From positions 156,364,001 to 156,428,000 of the forward strand of contig NC_042998.1 of the NCBI RefSeq assembly GCF_006345805.1: DNA of 64,000 nucleotides, given 5' to 3'. Positions 26,558 to 39,684 of this stretch are shown piece after piece. Position 1 is the first letter of the stretch, and each line of letters begins with the position of its first letter. The DNA is from Octopus sinensis. Lineage: Eukaryota. The position numbers and the translations under genes are program-made. Below the pieces are notes generated by a model. It ran no database searches. It worked only from the letters and a program-made list of their open reading frames with translations, and was not told the origin of the DNA.

Positions 26558-28454
26558 TAAACTCCCCTAGCAGAAAAATACATAAAATTATTACAAATTC
26601 ACAAAGCTTGAAACTAAAGCCAATAAAAGTATTTTGTTTTGAAGTGTACAAGATAGTGAAGACTTTAAAAGGGACAAGGTGGAAAAAAATGCAGATTGTT
26701 TCCAAATAACAAGACAATTCAAGAATAAATATGAGAAAAATAATATGTTAAAAAATCTAATTACAATGCCCCTAAATGTGAAATCCCATAATCCGAGACA
26801 TCACAGTGCAAATAGAGGATGCCTGTAGCAAGATTTCCATCTTTATGTGTTAGAAAGTTCTAACTGTGTTTTGTTTGTTTGTTGTTTTTTTTTTTTGTTC
26901 TTTCTACATTCATCTGATTAAACAATCTCATAGGTTACTTCATTTTCCTGTGTTCGATGCTGTTGCTGATGATGTTTGCAGCCATTGGAATGAGAGAAAA
27001 GGAACAAAGGGTAGCTATGCAAGGGATGAGAGAGGTAGCAGTAACAGCCTCTTGCTGATCATGGAGCAAGAGAGAGGAGCTAAGCTGAACCTCTGCTGAC
27101 CCACCACTGGGAGGGTGCTGTGGTTCAGGGTCAAAGTACCTGATGATTGTTGGACACCGTTTGACGACATCAGTTCATTCTGGCCAAAGCTCCATCCACT
27201 TTGGTAAAGAGGAAAAGAAGCACCTTCTAGGTGTTATCAACATAAAACAATCTCACTGTTAAAGGGAGACAACTAAGTAGTTCAATCATTAGAATAATAA
27301 AAAATGATAATCTTTAAAATAAAAGGGAAAACCCATGGATTTTAACAATTGGTAGATTGTAATAATGTTATATCGAGCAAAGAAAAACGAAATAACCTAC
27401 AAGATTAGTTAATCTGAGTAGCAATTTATTAGATGAATATAGAAAGTAAAAAGAAAAAAAAAATTATGCAGTTTAGCTGTCTAGCACATTTGGTATAAAG
27501 ATGGAAATCCTGCTTTGGACATCCACTATGGTGTCTCAGGTTAAGGGACTTCACACTTATGGAAATTGTAAATCTTGACATATAATTCAGGGATATAGCC
27601 TGTTGTTTTACCCTCAAGGAAATTCAGAAAAAAATTTTAACAATTTAAAAGCTACACTTTCTTTTTACTCAAAAGACCTCTTGGGATTCTTGGATACAAT
27701 CAAAATATAGTTCAGAAGTTGACAAGCTATAGTCATGATACATACGTACGTACGTACATACATACATTGGTATGTACGTACGTACATACATACATACCTA
27801 CGTACGTACGTATGTATGTATGTATGTAGGTATGTATGTATGTGTGTGTGTGTGTGTGCAAGTGTCACTAAATCACAGTGAACTTTGTTGTGAATATTTG
27901 TGTGGGTCTATATTTTCTTGGATCACAATTAGTATATGTGTGTGTGGGTGTGTAAAGCAACGTTTATCACCACTACTATCTAGAATCAACATCAAAATCA
28001 ACCCAACAACTGTTATAACTATAATGAAAATAGCTTAAATGTCATCTCTGCCAGATTTCTGCTAAAACAGTAATGAACAGAATACAGAGAAAAAGAAGAT
28101 AAAACACTAAAATCAGATTACTGATCACATTGCAGCTTTGTAGTCAAGTGTGTTTATGACACATTGTTAATGGTGCCAAATAGCTGTTGTTCACTTTTGC
28201 TTTTCATTGAGAAGAAAAAACGATTTTGTGATAAAATGAGTGTGTAATGAGCAAGCGCAAGAGTCTTTGCAGTTAAGGAAATTATTGATGATGATATTTA
28301 TTCTTCGGATGAAGAGTTTACATTTAATGTCTACAGTGAGAGTGATTCAGTCAATCAAACTACTGAAAGTGATGAGAAAAGTAACAATTCAGGTGAACAA
28401 ATATAATAGTTGCGAGATAAGCCTATTATTATTTTCCTGAATTTTCTAGTGATT

Positions 28455-28847
28455 GGCGTAGGGGTAGGTGTGTCGTAAGAAGCTTGGTTCTCAACCATAT
28501 GGTTCTGGGTTCAATACCATTGCATGGCACCTTGGACAAGTGTCTTCTATAATCTCAGGCTGACTAAAGCCTTGAGTGAATTCAATAGACGAAACCTGTT
28601 GTGTGTGTATGTATACATATATATTTATATATGTGTGTGTGTATCTTTGTGTCTGTGTTTGTTCCCCACCAGCTGGTGTTGGTGTGTTTATGTCCCTGTA
28701 ACTTAGCAATTCAACTAAAGAGACCAATAGAATAAGTATCAGGTTTAAAAAAAACAAGAACTGCAGCTGATTTATTTGACTAAAATTCAATGTGGTGCCT
28801 CACTATTGCTGCAGTCTAATGACTGAAACAAGCAAAAGATAAAAGAT
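28455..28847 (+). mobile_element. tRNA-derived SINE, full length, diverged
   Basis: Collinear with 43538-43899; 3' stem CAGTC-TAAT-GACTG. Confidence 0.8.
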
Positions 28848-29447
28848 TAGTATAAAGAGATACATTATCAGAAGCAAAGTCATTGATTACTAAACAAGAA
28901 ATTAAAGTCATGATAAATTACCAACAAAATAGTAGTAGCAGCCAAACTAAAACTCCAATAACAAAAGAAACATTATGAGTATACCAAGCTAAATTATTTC
29001 TAGAAACATTTGTCTTCTTCCATTTCATAAGCCTAATTGAAAGAGACTGGTATGGCTAAGAACTAATAAAAAGAAACAGCACACAGACACTGTCGAGTAA
29101 GAAGGTAGTGCAAGTTAAATACAGTTATCGGCAATGGAAAGCTTAATTGAAAAATATAAGATATAAACTGAAAAAGTAAAAATTAACAAGCAATGAAAAA
29201 GCCTTAATGAAATTACTCAACCAGCTCATAACACCTCCACCTCCTTTAACAAGTTTCCTACCATCTATAAAGTAATAATCATTTGCTGTAAAGCAACATA
29301 CTCTTTCTAAAGATAAGCCTCATAACGGGACAAAAGAATTTTTTTACAATTTGGAATCCAATGAGAACAGAAACAATAACCTAAAGCAGACAGTATATAT
29401 GAATACCCATATGGTGTATGTTAAATGGATTAAACTTAAATAAAATG

Positions 29448-29486
<39 letters not shown>

Positions 29487-30321
29487 ATATATATATAAAA
29501 ATGTAGAATTAAACACAAAACAGAAACTTCAGAAACAAGAGAGTAATGTTTAGACAACTAATTGTCTCAAGATAAGATTTAAATAAGTTATACAGAGAGG
29601 AATATCTATAGAAAATAGGGAAAATGTTCTTTATATAGCTGTGCTAAAACAAAGTATTCAAACAGCTCAGATCTCTAAAATAGAAAAGACTAAAAATGTT
29701 TGTGTCGATATCTCGTTATTGTATCTTTTATCAAGACACATGGTTCTCAATAGAATTTTTAACAGCCACCTGACAAGTTTATATTTATATTCTATTGCCA
29801 AAACTGCATTGCATCTATAGTCAACTTTTACTAAGTCTACTTAGCTGTAAATAACTTTTACATGTAGTTACAGGGAACTCTGCCAACCTGTAATAATTAT
29901 TTACAGTTTATAGTCCATCTAGAACCTGGAGAAAAGAATAGTACTTTGATATTCAGTATCACACTAACATCTCCAGTTGTGATTATGAACTATGTGTAAT
30001 GGCTGATTTTCAATGGGTTAAGCACAGTACAATCATCCATCACCACATTGTTATCATGAAAAGTACAATTCACCACAGGCATAATATAACTGGCAGTTGT
30101 TATACTACCTTGCTATGGTGAGTTCCAATATGGAAGAGTACAGATTCAAACAAGATAACTTATGTGATTATGGAAGAGTCCAAAACAACCAAAATGGTTA
30201 TGGGACATCCATTTCAAATTATTATCAGAAAAAAGATATAACTTTAAATATTATTACTGCAGCAAAAAACAAATACTTTCAAAAGATTTCAGGTAAAATC
30301 AAATGGAAACACACACATGCA

Positions 30322-30522
30322 CACTTTGATACCAACTTGCCTGAGACCACTCCTGCTTCTATGACACCAATTCCTGTTTTAAAGTTATCTTAATTAGAAC
30401 CTTCCTTCTAAATGTCCAACTTAATAATGACTAAGTCATTTTATAAATTTTTTTGTTATTTTTAAAATTCATTGGAACAGAGTCAGTGTATTTCAATAGA
30501 AATATGGTAACAAAAGAGTTAA
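30322..30522. mobile_element. piggyBac-like MITE, degenerate (second copy at 52442-52672)
   Basis: The two copies share gagac...cttctatga...ttcctgttttaaa and aaatatggtaacaaaa..gTTAA; the 52-kb copy has TTAA at both ends and imperfect 13-bp TIRs. Confidence 0.45.
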
Positions 30523-30589
30523 ATAATGTCATAGCTTTTGTAAATGAAATGAAACTGAATTCAAAGTGCAATATCATATAATACTATAC

Positions 30590-30653
30590 CTGGTTGATCA
30601 AATCAATTAGAGTACACAGTCTCTGAGCAGCAGATCGCTTTTCATCAGACAAA
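30590..30653 (-). CDS. PGM3: PGM3-like exon, (N)LSDEKRSAAQRLCTLIDLINQ
   Basis: Acceptor tttgttttag| and donor |gtatag; 64 nt, phase 2/0, complementing the previous exon. Ends in IDLINQ, like the family's IDLFNQ. Confidence 0.88.
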
Positions 30654-30849
30654 CTAAAACAAACAAATAAATAAGCGGTAATTCAAGAGTGGTGAGTCAA
30701 CAGAAATATTAATGATAGGTAAATGCTTCTTCCTATTAATTTCGGTGAGGATTTCAATATTTTGCAAGAGGTAACTCTACTCCAATTCATACCATACTGA
30801 AATGGTAAATATAGTAATAGAATATAGATTCAATAAAAATAAGTACAAA

Positions 30850-32280
30850 AATTGTAACTGGACAAAAGAAATTACTTTGCTAATTTAACAAGTATATTCT
30901 CACATCCTTCAAACAACTCATCTTCTGGCTTTCAAACTGATACACTAAGAATGCTCCTACAAATATATTCTGTTTTGTCTCCCCATATCTCACAAGAACA
31001 GATTGAGGCATCCCGTGTATAATTTGTACATGATGTTCTGGTATGTTATTTGGTAGTAATTTTTAGTAAGGGTGGTTTGGCTATTTTGGGGGATGAGGAG
31101 AGTAGTTGCAGTTGATAATCATTGGGGCAGTTCTTGTGTCCCCTTGATAATTTCTCCATATTGTATGAGAACTTGTCAATAAAAGGTGAAATTCTTCAGC
31201 CAGTAACCTGTTCTGCAGTCTGGACCTAGCAGTTTCTTTGTTTGACATATCCCTGCCTAATTCATATTGCTTTTGCTGGACATGCTGGTAGCAGTCCTGC
31301 TCCAATTCTTTTAGCCATTCATCTTTTTGTTGAATTTATCATTTGTTTCCACTACAAATCTCCAGTAGCTCTCAACCTGATCTTATATAGAGATTGAGCT
31401 GTTCACACTGAAGCTGTGATAAACTGATTTGGGATTTGGCAAATAATTTGACCATTTGCCAATTATATGTTGTAGATTTATATTTTACTCTTTCAGCTGT
31501 CGGTGTGAGTTGTTTCAAATGGTGCAGTTTGGAGTTTAGGCTTTTGAATCCTGTATCACCAAAATGCCTCTCTAGTTTTTTTGGTTTTTTTTCTGAGCTT
31601 TTCCTGATGTGTGAAGTTGTTCTCAGTGTTACATTTCATAACTACAATGATCTGTGAGATACTTTTGCACAGAAATGAAATTTTAATTTTTAAGATACAT
31701 GCCCATGCTAGTTAATGCTTCCTGTTTGAATCTTGATTGTGTGGTTTCAGCTTTTTGCGATATGCTAGTAATGTAATAGCTGTGATATATATCAAAAGAT
31801 CAATGGTTTCATATGTTGCTTTCATACCTCTGTATTATATGATCTTCAGATATTTGTTTACTATTTTGTTTACTGAATCTAATTTACTGGGTTCTTTACT
31901 TATACAGATGTTCTATGGCTTGTCATTCAAATTAAGGTTGTGAACCTGTCGAAACATATCATTCCAGATCACTTGTAAACACAAGTTTTTGGTGTTCTTC
32001 AGTTTGTACAGCATAGGAATGGATTTCAGCTAATTGTGTGTTGTTTACAGCTAGATTTAGCTGACTGTTCTGTCTGTCCATCAGTTGAAGAGGGATGATT
32101 ATCTTCAAGGCTGGCTTTATAGTGCCAGCCTGTTATGTATTGAGTTGCATCTTATGATATATTTCACTTGTTCATTTAAATGTTTTGGGGAAAAATCTAA
32201 TTCTGAGTGCTTCAAGTTTCACTAAGTTTTTAGCCTTTGCATAAAACCAAACGTTTTAGGATCAGATTGTATATAAATAC
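30850..32280 (-). mobile_element. Decayed R4/Dong-like non-LTR retrotransposon
   Basis: VESYWRFVVETNDKFNKKDEWLKELEQD and KNYYQITYQNIMYKLYTGCLNLFL (RT motif 1-2 style); many stops. Clade call is from recalled motif style. Confidence 0.6.
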
Positions 32281-33075
32281 TTCAAATAAATCTTTAAGAT
32301 TGTAGGTCCATTATATATAACGATTGTAGGCACAATTTGGTTGAAGGAGACTTATACATTTAGCCATGATGATTTTGTCTATTCATTGATATTTGTATTC
32401 ATTTTTCAAAATAGACAATGATTTTTAAAAGTTTCAACAAAGTTTTGTTGGAATTAAATTCAAAGTTGTTCACAGCTTGGGTAATCTTTCCTTTTAAAGT
32501 TGTTTTAAATTTTACAACTGTATTTAAACATACATATTGAGTGTTTTCTGTTTTTGTTTTGTGAATTGTTTTGAAATGATACTTGGCTTATTTCTTTCTG
32601 TGTGCAATATTACAGCAATGGATGGATGGATGAGGGAGGGAGGGAGGGATAGATGGATGGATGGATGGATGGGTGCATATATCCATGCATGCATATTGGC
32701 CTAGTAGCTATGGTGTTTGTCAGTTTGTCAAAAGGTTGTGGGCCAGTATACTCCGATGGAAATGAATACCTGACTAGTGCAGTGCAGCCATATCTCTTTC
32801 CAACTGTCATATCCTTAATGTTCTGCTCTAAGTACTAAGGGGATGTTCATATTTGCTCATCACTACATAGGCATCTAAAATTATTAGCAAAAGCATGGTG
32901 CATGTATGTTACACACTTATGAGTGATTGATATAGTTTACATAGCATACCTATGTACACATATGTGTGTAGTGTGTGTAATTTTTAGAAGTCTATATATA
33001 TATATATATATTATCAGTTGCACATACATAGTGTATTTTGTTTATACATGAACTTGCTGCAGGAGAGTGATCTGC

Positions 33076-33427
33076 ATGACGCCAAGTGTTAAAGAATACT
33101 GAATGCCCCATACCAAGGGAGACAACTCGCCTCAAGAGGATCGAGAATGATAGATGTTGATATTTCACCATTATTGTGGCTCATCAGTACCATGTGCTTG
33201 AAACACTTCGAAATGAAATGAATTACCGGTCTGGAGCAAATAAACTCCACGCTATTAGCATATTTGTCCTAAACTGGCAATTCATTTAATTCTGAAGTGT
33301 TCCAAGTACTTAGTACTGATGAACCACAATAATGGCAAGATATCAATATCTGTTATCCTCAATCATCTGAAAGCAAGTTGTCTCACCTTGTGTGGGACAT
33401 TCAGTATTCTTTAACCCTCAGTGTCAT
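33076..33427. mobile_element. Foldback/MITE-like element, self-complementary along most of its length
   Basis: 33076-33230 is an imperfect reverse complement (about 80% by eye) of 33275-33427. Confidence 0.7.
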
Positions 33428-33569
33428 CTAAAGAATTTTCCCAGGACACTACCCAGCAGCAAACTGGTGAAGAAACAAAACATATACATTATGTATGACT
33501 TTAATGCTTACATTGTCAGAGCTGCTTTTAATTTTTAATCTTATATATATAATAGATGTACCCACTGTG

Positions 33570-34200
33570 ACCTGTTGGGTCCATAACCACTCCAAGTTGA
33601 AAATGTCAATGCACAGTGGGAAAGGAAAAAAATACTATTTTGAACCTCATGCAATAAAATTTTTAAATAATAGTTCTCCTGCCTTTGGTGTGACAACATA
33701 AACACTACCAAGTGTTTATTCTTTGAAAACATTCAAATGTCTTTCAATATTTTAAAGTCATCATCAATGCACAATTAAAAGAATTCTATCAATGTTATTC
33801 TATGTCATTTATTGACAGCCATATATATCCTCATAATTTCTGAGCAATATTCTTTGTTTATCTGGTAGATGAATTTCCAGTCCGACTATTGTAGGTGCTC
33901 TTTTATGAATTGAAAATCCTAAAATGGATGCAACCATTTAGGAGGGTCCAATATACCTACCCATTAGATATTGACTAATTTCATTATCATTGTTTACTTG
34001 AACAGTTAACAAACCTCACTGAGGCATCAATTTCAATGTTGCAGTGGCATTTGAATGTTCTTAAAAGAGTTTCATTATAAGGTACAATCCATTTGTTGTT
34101 GTTTGTTTTTCTATTCTTATGAGAATCAACTCCTCCCATTGCAACTGATCTTCAGCTATAAAGAGATAGTTTCTCTGTCTGTTTTTTTGCCTTTTGATTT
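33570..34200 (-). mobile_element. Decayed Helitron Rep-domain fragment
   Basis: NKWIVPYNETLLRTFKCHCNIEIDASV, GRYIGPS...ILGFSIHKRAPTIVGLEIHLP, YYLKILLHEV. Confidence 0.75.
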
Positions 34201-34549
34201 AGATGATAAAGATTAATATTTTATTTTAAATAGAATTAGTAATTTTCCCCTTTAAGAAAAAAACAAATCAAACACCAGTGATTCAAAATTATCTCATAAA
34301 AATATAGTGAGAATTTTTTATCTTTCAAATCCATGGCACTCTGAAAGTTGTATAAATGATAAAGGGAAGGCAAAAGAACGTAAGAAAACGGGACGGACAA
34401 TGGTAGCTGACACAACTCTTTAAAGTGTTGACATTTTCAACTTGATTTTTTTTTTCTTAAAGGAGGAAATGACTATCTTATTTGTAATCTTTATCATCTT
34501 AATCAAATGGCAGGGAAACAGACAAACTTTGAGTTTTAGTATTATATGT

Positions 34550-35740
34550 ATATCATCATCATCATCGTTTAACGTCCGTTTTCCATGCTAGCATGGGTTG
34601 GATGGTTCAACAGGGGTCTGGGAAGCCAGGAGGCTGCACCAGGCCCAGTCTGATCTGGTAGAGTTTCTACAGCTGGATGCCCTTCCTAACGCCAACCACT
34701 CCGAGAGTGTAGTGGGTGCTTTTATAGCCACCGGCACGGGGGCCAGGCGAGGTTGGCAACGGCCACGATCGGATGATGCTTTTTACATGCCAGCGGCACG
34801 GAGGCCAGTCGGGGCGGTGCTGGCAACGGCCACGTTCAGACGGTTCACTTACATGCCACCGGCACTGGTATCTCAGCTACAATTTCCATTGATGTTGAAA
34901 GATTTCGATTTCGATTTTCACTAGGTCCAACCCATGCTAGCATGGAAAGCGGACGCTAAATGATGATGATGACTAGCCTCAACAGGTCTTCACAAGTAGG
35001 GTTTGTGTCACAAGAAGGAACGGTATGCATAAGTGGGCTTGCTATATCCCAGGTAGAGGCCACGGGTTATGGTCTCACTTGTCCTGCAGGGTCTTTCCAC
35101 GCACAGCATACTTCCAAAGGTCTCGGTCTCTGGTCATTTCCTCGGTGAGACCTAAAGTTCGAAGTCGTTCTTCACCACCTCGTCCAAGGTTATCCTGAGT
35201 CTACCTCTTCCACAAGTTCCCTCAACCGCCAGGATGTGGCACTTTTTCACACAACTATCTTCATCCATTCTCGCTACATGACCATACCAGTGCAAACGTC
35301 TCTCTTGCACACCACAACTGATGCTTCTTAGGTCCAACTTTTCTCTCAAGGTACTTACACTCTGTCGAGTATGAACACTGGCATTACACATCCATCGGAG
35401 CATACTGGCTTCAGTTCTTGCGAGCTTACGCATATCCTCAGCAGTCACGGCCCATGTTTCACTGCCATGTAGCATGGCTGTTCATACAAATGCGTCATAC
35501 AGTCTGCCTTTTATTCTGAGCAAGAGGCCTTTTGTCACGAGCAGAGATAAGAGCTCTCTGAAGTTTGCCCAGGCTATTCTTACTCTAGCAGTTACACTTT
35601 CAGCACACCTGCCCCCGCTACTGACTTGGTCGCCTAGGTAACGGAAGCTATCAACTATTTCTAGTTTTTCTCCCTGGAATGTGGCGGAAGTTGGGCTCTG
35701 AGCATTTTCAGTGTTTATTGCTCCTGAGCATCTGCCACAT
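34550..35740 (-). mobile_element. RTE LINE 3' fragment
   Basis: FVCGRCSG...YLGDQV...MLHGSETWA, 3'UTR and (CAT)n. Confidence 0.9.
34925..34971 (+). mobile_element. 47-bp tail-only RTE insertion with ACTAG target-site duplication
   Basis: ACTAG at 34920-34924 and 34972-34976 flanks gtccaacCCATGCTAGCATGG...(gat)n. Confidence 0.8.
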
Positions 35741-35896
35741 ACAAATATATATATATATATATACACACATTCATACATATACATATATATATATACATAT
35801 ATATACATACATATATATATATATATACATATGTATATATATATATACATATACATATATATATTTACATACACACATTCATACATATACATATAT

Positions 35897-35932
<36 letters not shown>

Positions 35933-35934
<2 letters not shown>

Positions 35935-36177
35935 AGATCTGCATGATGCGGATGTGGACATTTTCAAAAAACATCTAGACAAGTTGCTTTCCGGGATCCC
36001 AGATGAACCCACTGCAAGGTACGAGGGTAACCTAAGGGCAGCAGCTACAAACTCTCTCTTAGATCAGTGGCCAGCCACGGCAAACTGGACTTAGAGAGGG
36101 TAGCAACAAGGGCGGTGCCCCAGCATGGCCTCAGCCGGATGGCTGAAACAAGTAAAAGAGTAAAAGAGTAAAAGAGT
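35933..36177 (+). mobile_element. CR1-group LINE 3' end with (AGTAAAAG)n tail
   Basis: [26 protein letters not shown]; stem-loop CAGCC-GGAT-GGCTG at 36132-36145. Confidence 0.85.
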
Positions 36178-36225
36178 ATATACATACACACATTCATACA
36201 TACATTATATATATTTTATATATAT

Positions 36226-36257
<32 letters not shown>

Positions 36258-36261
36258 AATG

Positions 36262-36316
<55 letters not shown>

Positions 36317-36364
36317 CATACATATATATTATATATATAATATACATATATGATGATGATGATG

Positions 36365-36395
<31 letters not shown>

Positions 36396-36527
36396 ATATA
36401 TAAATACATATATGACGATGATGATATATATATATATACATATATGATGATGATGATATATATATATATATATATAAATACATATATGATGATGATGATG
36501 ATGATATATATGTATATATATAAATAC

Positions 36528-36564
<37 letters not shown>

Positions 36565-36996
36565 TATTATAAAAGGCAGATTTTATCTGCCTCCCTTTGT
36601 CACTTATAGAAATCTACAATATAGGGTTTCTTCAATTACAATTTACCTAGCATTTTTAAGAGTAGAATGCATCGGGTCATGCCAGGTCCAGTTTTTAAAA
36701 TTTAAACTCCAATTAAGCAAAATTTACAGAAAACTCACATTCTGGTGTGTATGTCAAATGCTTTTCTTAGTCTGGTTTACAGCACACGCAAACGCAAACA
36801 CACACAAATGGAGCGAACCGTTTCACTGACGCTATCACCCTAATTTCTCCTTTCTCTTTGCAAGTCTACCTTACAACAATACTCAAAAAAAAAGAAAGCA
36901 GCAAACAGAAACAAATAAATACATAATGATTTACTCCTCACACAATTTCTTCAATTAGACTTTACCTATGATTTTTCAAAGAACTTCCATTGGTTC

Positions 36997-37480
36997 TTGA
37001 GGATGTACTCAATAGAAAGAAGATTTGAGCGATACCGAATTATATACATTTGGAAAATGATAGAGCAGAAGGTGCCAAACTTTGGTATCAAAACCTACCA
37101 CTCACTGCGCCACGGAAGACGCTGCCAGCTGCCACCAATCAACAAAAAGGCTGGCCAGGCAGCAAAAACTCTGCGAGAATCAAGTCTGTTGGTTCAAGGA
37201 GCACAACTGTTCAACTCCATTCCGGTACATGTCAGAAATCTATCAGGATGCAGTGTGGAATCATTCAAATTGCAACTGGATAGATACTTAAGCACCATTA
37301 GAGATGAACCCCATCTCCCAGGATATACACAACGAGCACAAACTGACTCAAACTCGCTCCTACACATGTCAAATTTAAGCAGAGAATACAACCTGGCAAC
37401 CACACCAGACTCCGAGGGTGGAGTCTTCGACTTGGCCTGAGCATGGACTCAAACCCAAATGAAATGAAATGAAAATGAAA
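36997..37480 (+). mobile_element. CR1-group LINE (distinct family) inserted in the Helitron, TSD TGGTTC
   Basis: YSIERRFERYRIIYIWK...GAQLFNSIP...DEP; (GAAAT)n tail; TGGTTC at 36991-36996 and 37481-37486. Confidence 0.88.
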
Positions 37481-37966
37481 TGGTTCATGCCATACAAAAT
37501 TTCTTTCAATTTCACCCCCAATTAAGACAAAATTCGAGAAAACTCAATATTTTAACATTTCACTTTGAAGCCTTTACTCTGCCTATTACTCCCACTTCCT
37601 CTTTAGACACATAGACACGCTAATATATACGACAGTGTCAATTGTTGACAGACATTGTAAGATAACGTGTGTGTGTGTGCGTGTGTGTCTCTGTGTGTGT
37701 GTGTGTGTGCGTGTGTGTGAGGGTGCGTGTTTGTGTGTGTGTGACAGGGATGACCCATTCAGACAGGTCATCCTTTTTGCTAGAAGATCACCTATGCTAC
37801 ACCACTGGTTTTCAGTTCATATTAATCAAATTAATATTCACAAGAAGGACTATTCATTATAATACATCAGTTCCATCGGACAACTGCACAAACATTTGCC
37901 ATTTTACACATGTATGTAAACAAATTCCTTTCTTTTAGAATTTCAATTCATTTACTTTTTCAATTC

Positions 37967-38650
37967 ATACAAAGTTATTTAGGACGAAAATAACATCTAA
38001 AGTTATCTCTAAGAAACAGAAAGATCGCCCAAAAGTGTATATAGATATTTAAATGTATTTATATATTCATCTATACACACATGTATGTATAATGTGTGTG
38101 TATATATTTCCATAGAGGTAACCATTCACTCCATACAAAGTTATTTAGGACGAATATAAGATCTAAAGTTATCTCTAAGAAACAGAAAGATCACCCAAAA
38201 GTGTATATAGATATTTAAATGTATATATTCATCTATGCACACATGTATGTATAACGTGTGTGTATATATTTCCATAGTGGTAACCATTCACTCCGCACAA
38301 AGTTTTTTAGGACGAAAATAACATCTAAAGTTATCTCTAAGAAGCAGAAAGATCGCCCAAAAGTGTATATAGATATTTAAATGTATTTATATATTCATCT
38401 ATGCACACATGTATGTGTAACGTGTGTGTATATATTTCCATAGAGGTTACCATTCACTCCGCACAAAGTTTTTTAGGACGAAAATAACATCTAAAGTTAT
38501 CTCTAAGAAGCAGAAAGATCATCCAAAAGTGTATATAGATATTTAAATGTATTTATATATTCATCTATACACACATGTATGTATAATGTGTGTGTATATA
38601 TTTCCATAGAGGTAACCATTCACTCCATACAAAGTTTTTTAGGACGAAAA
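37967..38650 (+). repeat. About 165-bp internal tandem repeat of the Helitron (about 4 units)
   Basis: Unit aaagttatttaggacgaa...ccattcactcc; about 3 related units at 63255-63730 on the minus strand. Confidence 0.85.
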
Positions 38651-38863
38651 TCTTTATATATAAAAGAAAGGTTGTGTGTCTGTCTACTCCGATTTAGATT
38701 CCTAACTACTCCCACATTTTGCGATGCAGTTTAACCAAAACCGAGTATCTTATAGTCGTGATTCATATCGAGCCCTTCTGGATATTAGCGCGCATCTACG
38801 ATGAGTCTACGATTTTACAAATAATTTACCATCATTTTTTTCCCATTTTAATGCATTTTTTAA

Positions 38864-39411
38864 AATTAAGGGAAGTAACTCTCAAACTTCACACCAATAT
38901 GCGTGCTCATATGCGACGTAATATCACATCAGCAGCATTTCCTCACACCCTCCTTGCACTTGGCGAAGGCAAAATACCAGGGGATGAAAATGGTAATATT
39001 GCCATCGATTCCATTTGTACCATTGTTAAGACGCCTTCTGATGCAGTGTTCCCAGATCTACAAGCTAATTATCAGAATATGGATTGGATTGGCAAAAAGG
39101 CTATACTGGCCCCGAGGAATAAAACTGTTCACCATATTAATGATGAAATGCTAAAACTCATTCCTGGGGAAGTCTATGTATATCAGTCTATCGATACAAC
39201 TCCTGACCCAGAGGACGTCATCAACTATCCAATAGAGGTACTCAATTCCTTTGAGCACCCCGGACTACCACCACACTTTCTCAAACATAAAGTTGGTGCC
39301 CCTATAATGCTCATCAGAAATTTGGTTCCCCCAAAACAATGCAATGGCACACGTTTGATCGTTAAGTCCTTATCTCCCAGCGTAAACTTATATCAATATT
39401 TGCCTGAATAA
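38864..39411 (+). pseudogene. Helitron PIF1-like helicase fragment
   Basis: KLHTNMR, AILAPRN, GLPPH.LK.KVGAPIMLIRNL, CNGTRLIV. Confidence 0.88.
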
Positions 39412-39577
39412 TCATCATAATTCAGTGCAATCATTAACAGTACTTTCAAGTAATTCAGCACCGAGCAATGCCGGGCAATTCTGCTAGTATATATATATAT
39501 AAATACATATTATAGATATATATATTATATATATAAATACATATTATATATACATATATATATATATATATAAATAC

Positions 39578-39608
<31 letters not shown>

Positions 39609-39616
39609 ATAAATAC

Positions 39617-39666
<50 letters not shown>

Positions 39667-39684
39667 CATATATATATATATATA

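Larger units (their letters stand above)
36562..39487 (+). mobile_element. Composite non-autonomous Helitron, copy 1
   Basis: A|TC 5' end at 36562, second TC-type start at 38651, hairpin and CTAG|T 3' end at 39487, PIF1 helicase remnant. Confidence 0.85.

Noticed and set aside
28240-28410. Acidic stretch EIIDDDIYSSDEEF resembling a DNA transposase N-terminus
   Set aside because: Low complexity, no downstream catalytic domain and no TIRs found.
33990-34150. MGGVD motif suggesting a piggyBac transposase
   Set aside because: The neighbouring motifs (WIVPYN, GRYI, IHLP) identify a Helitron Rep domain instead.
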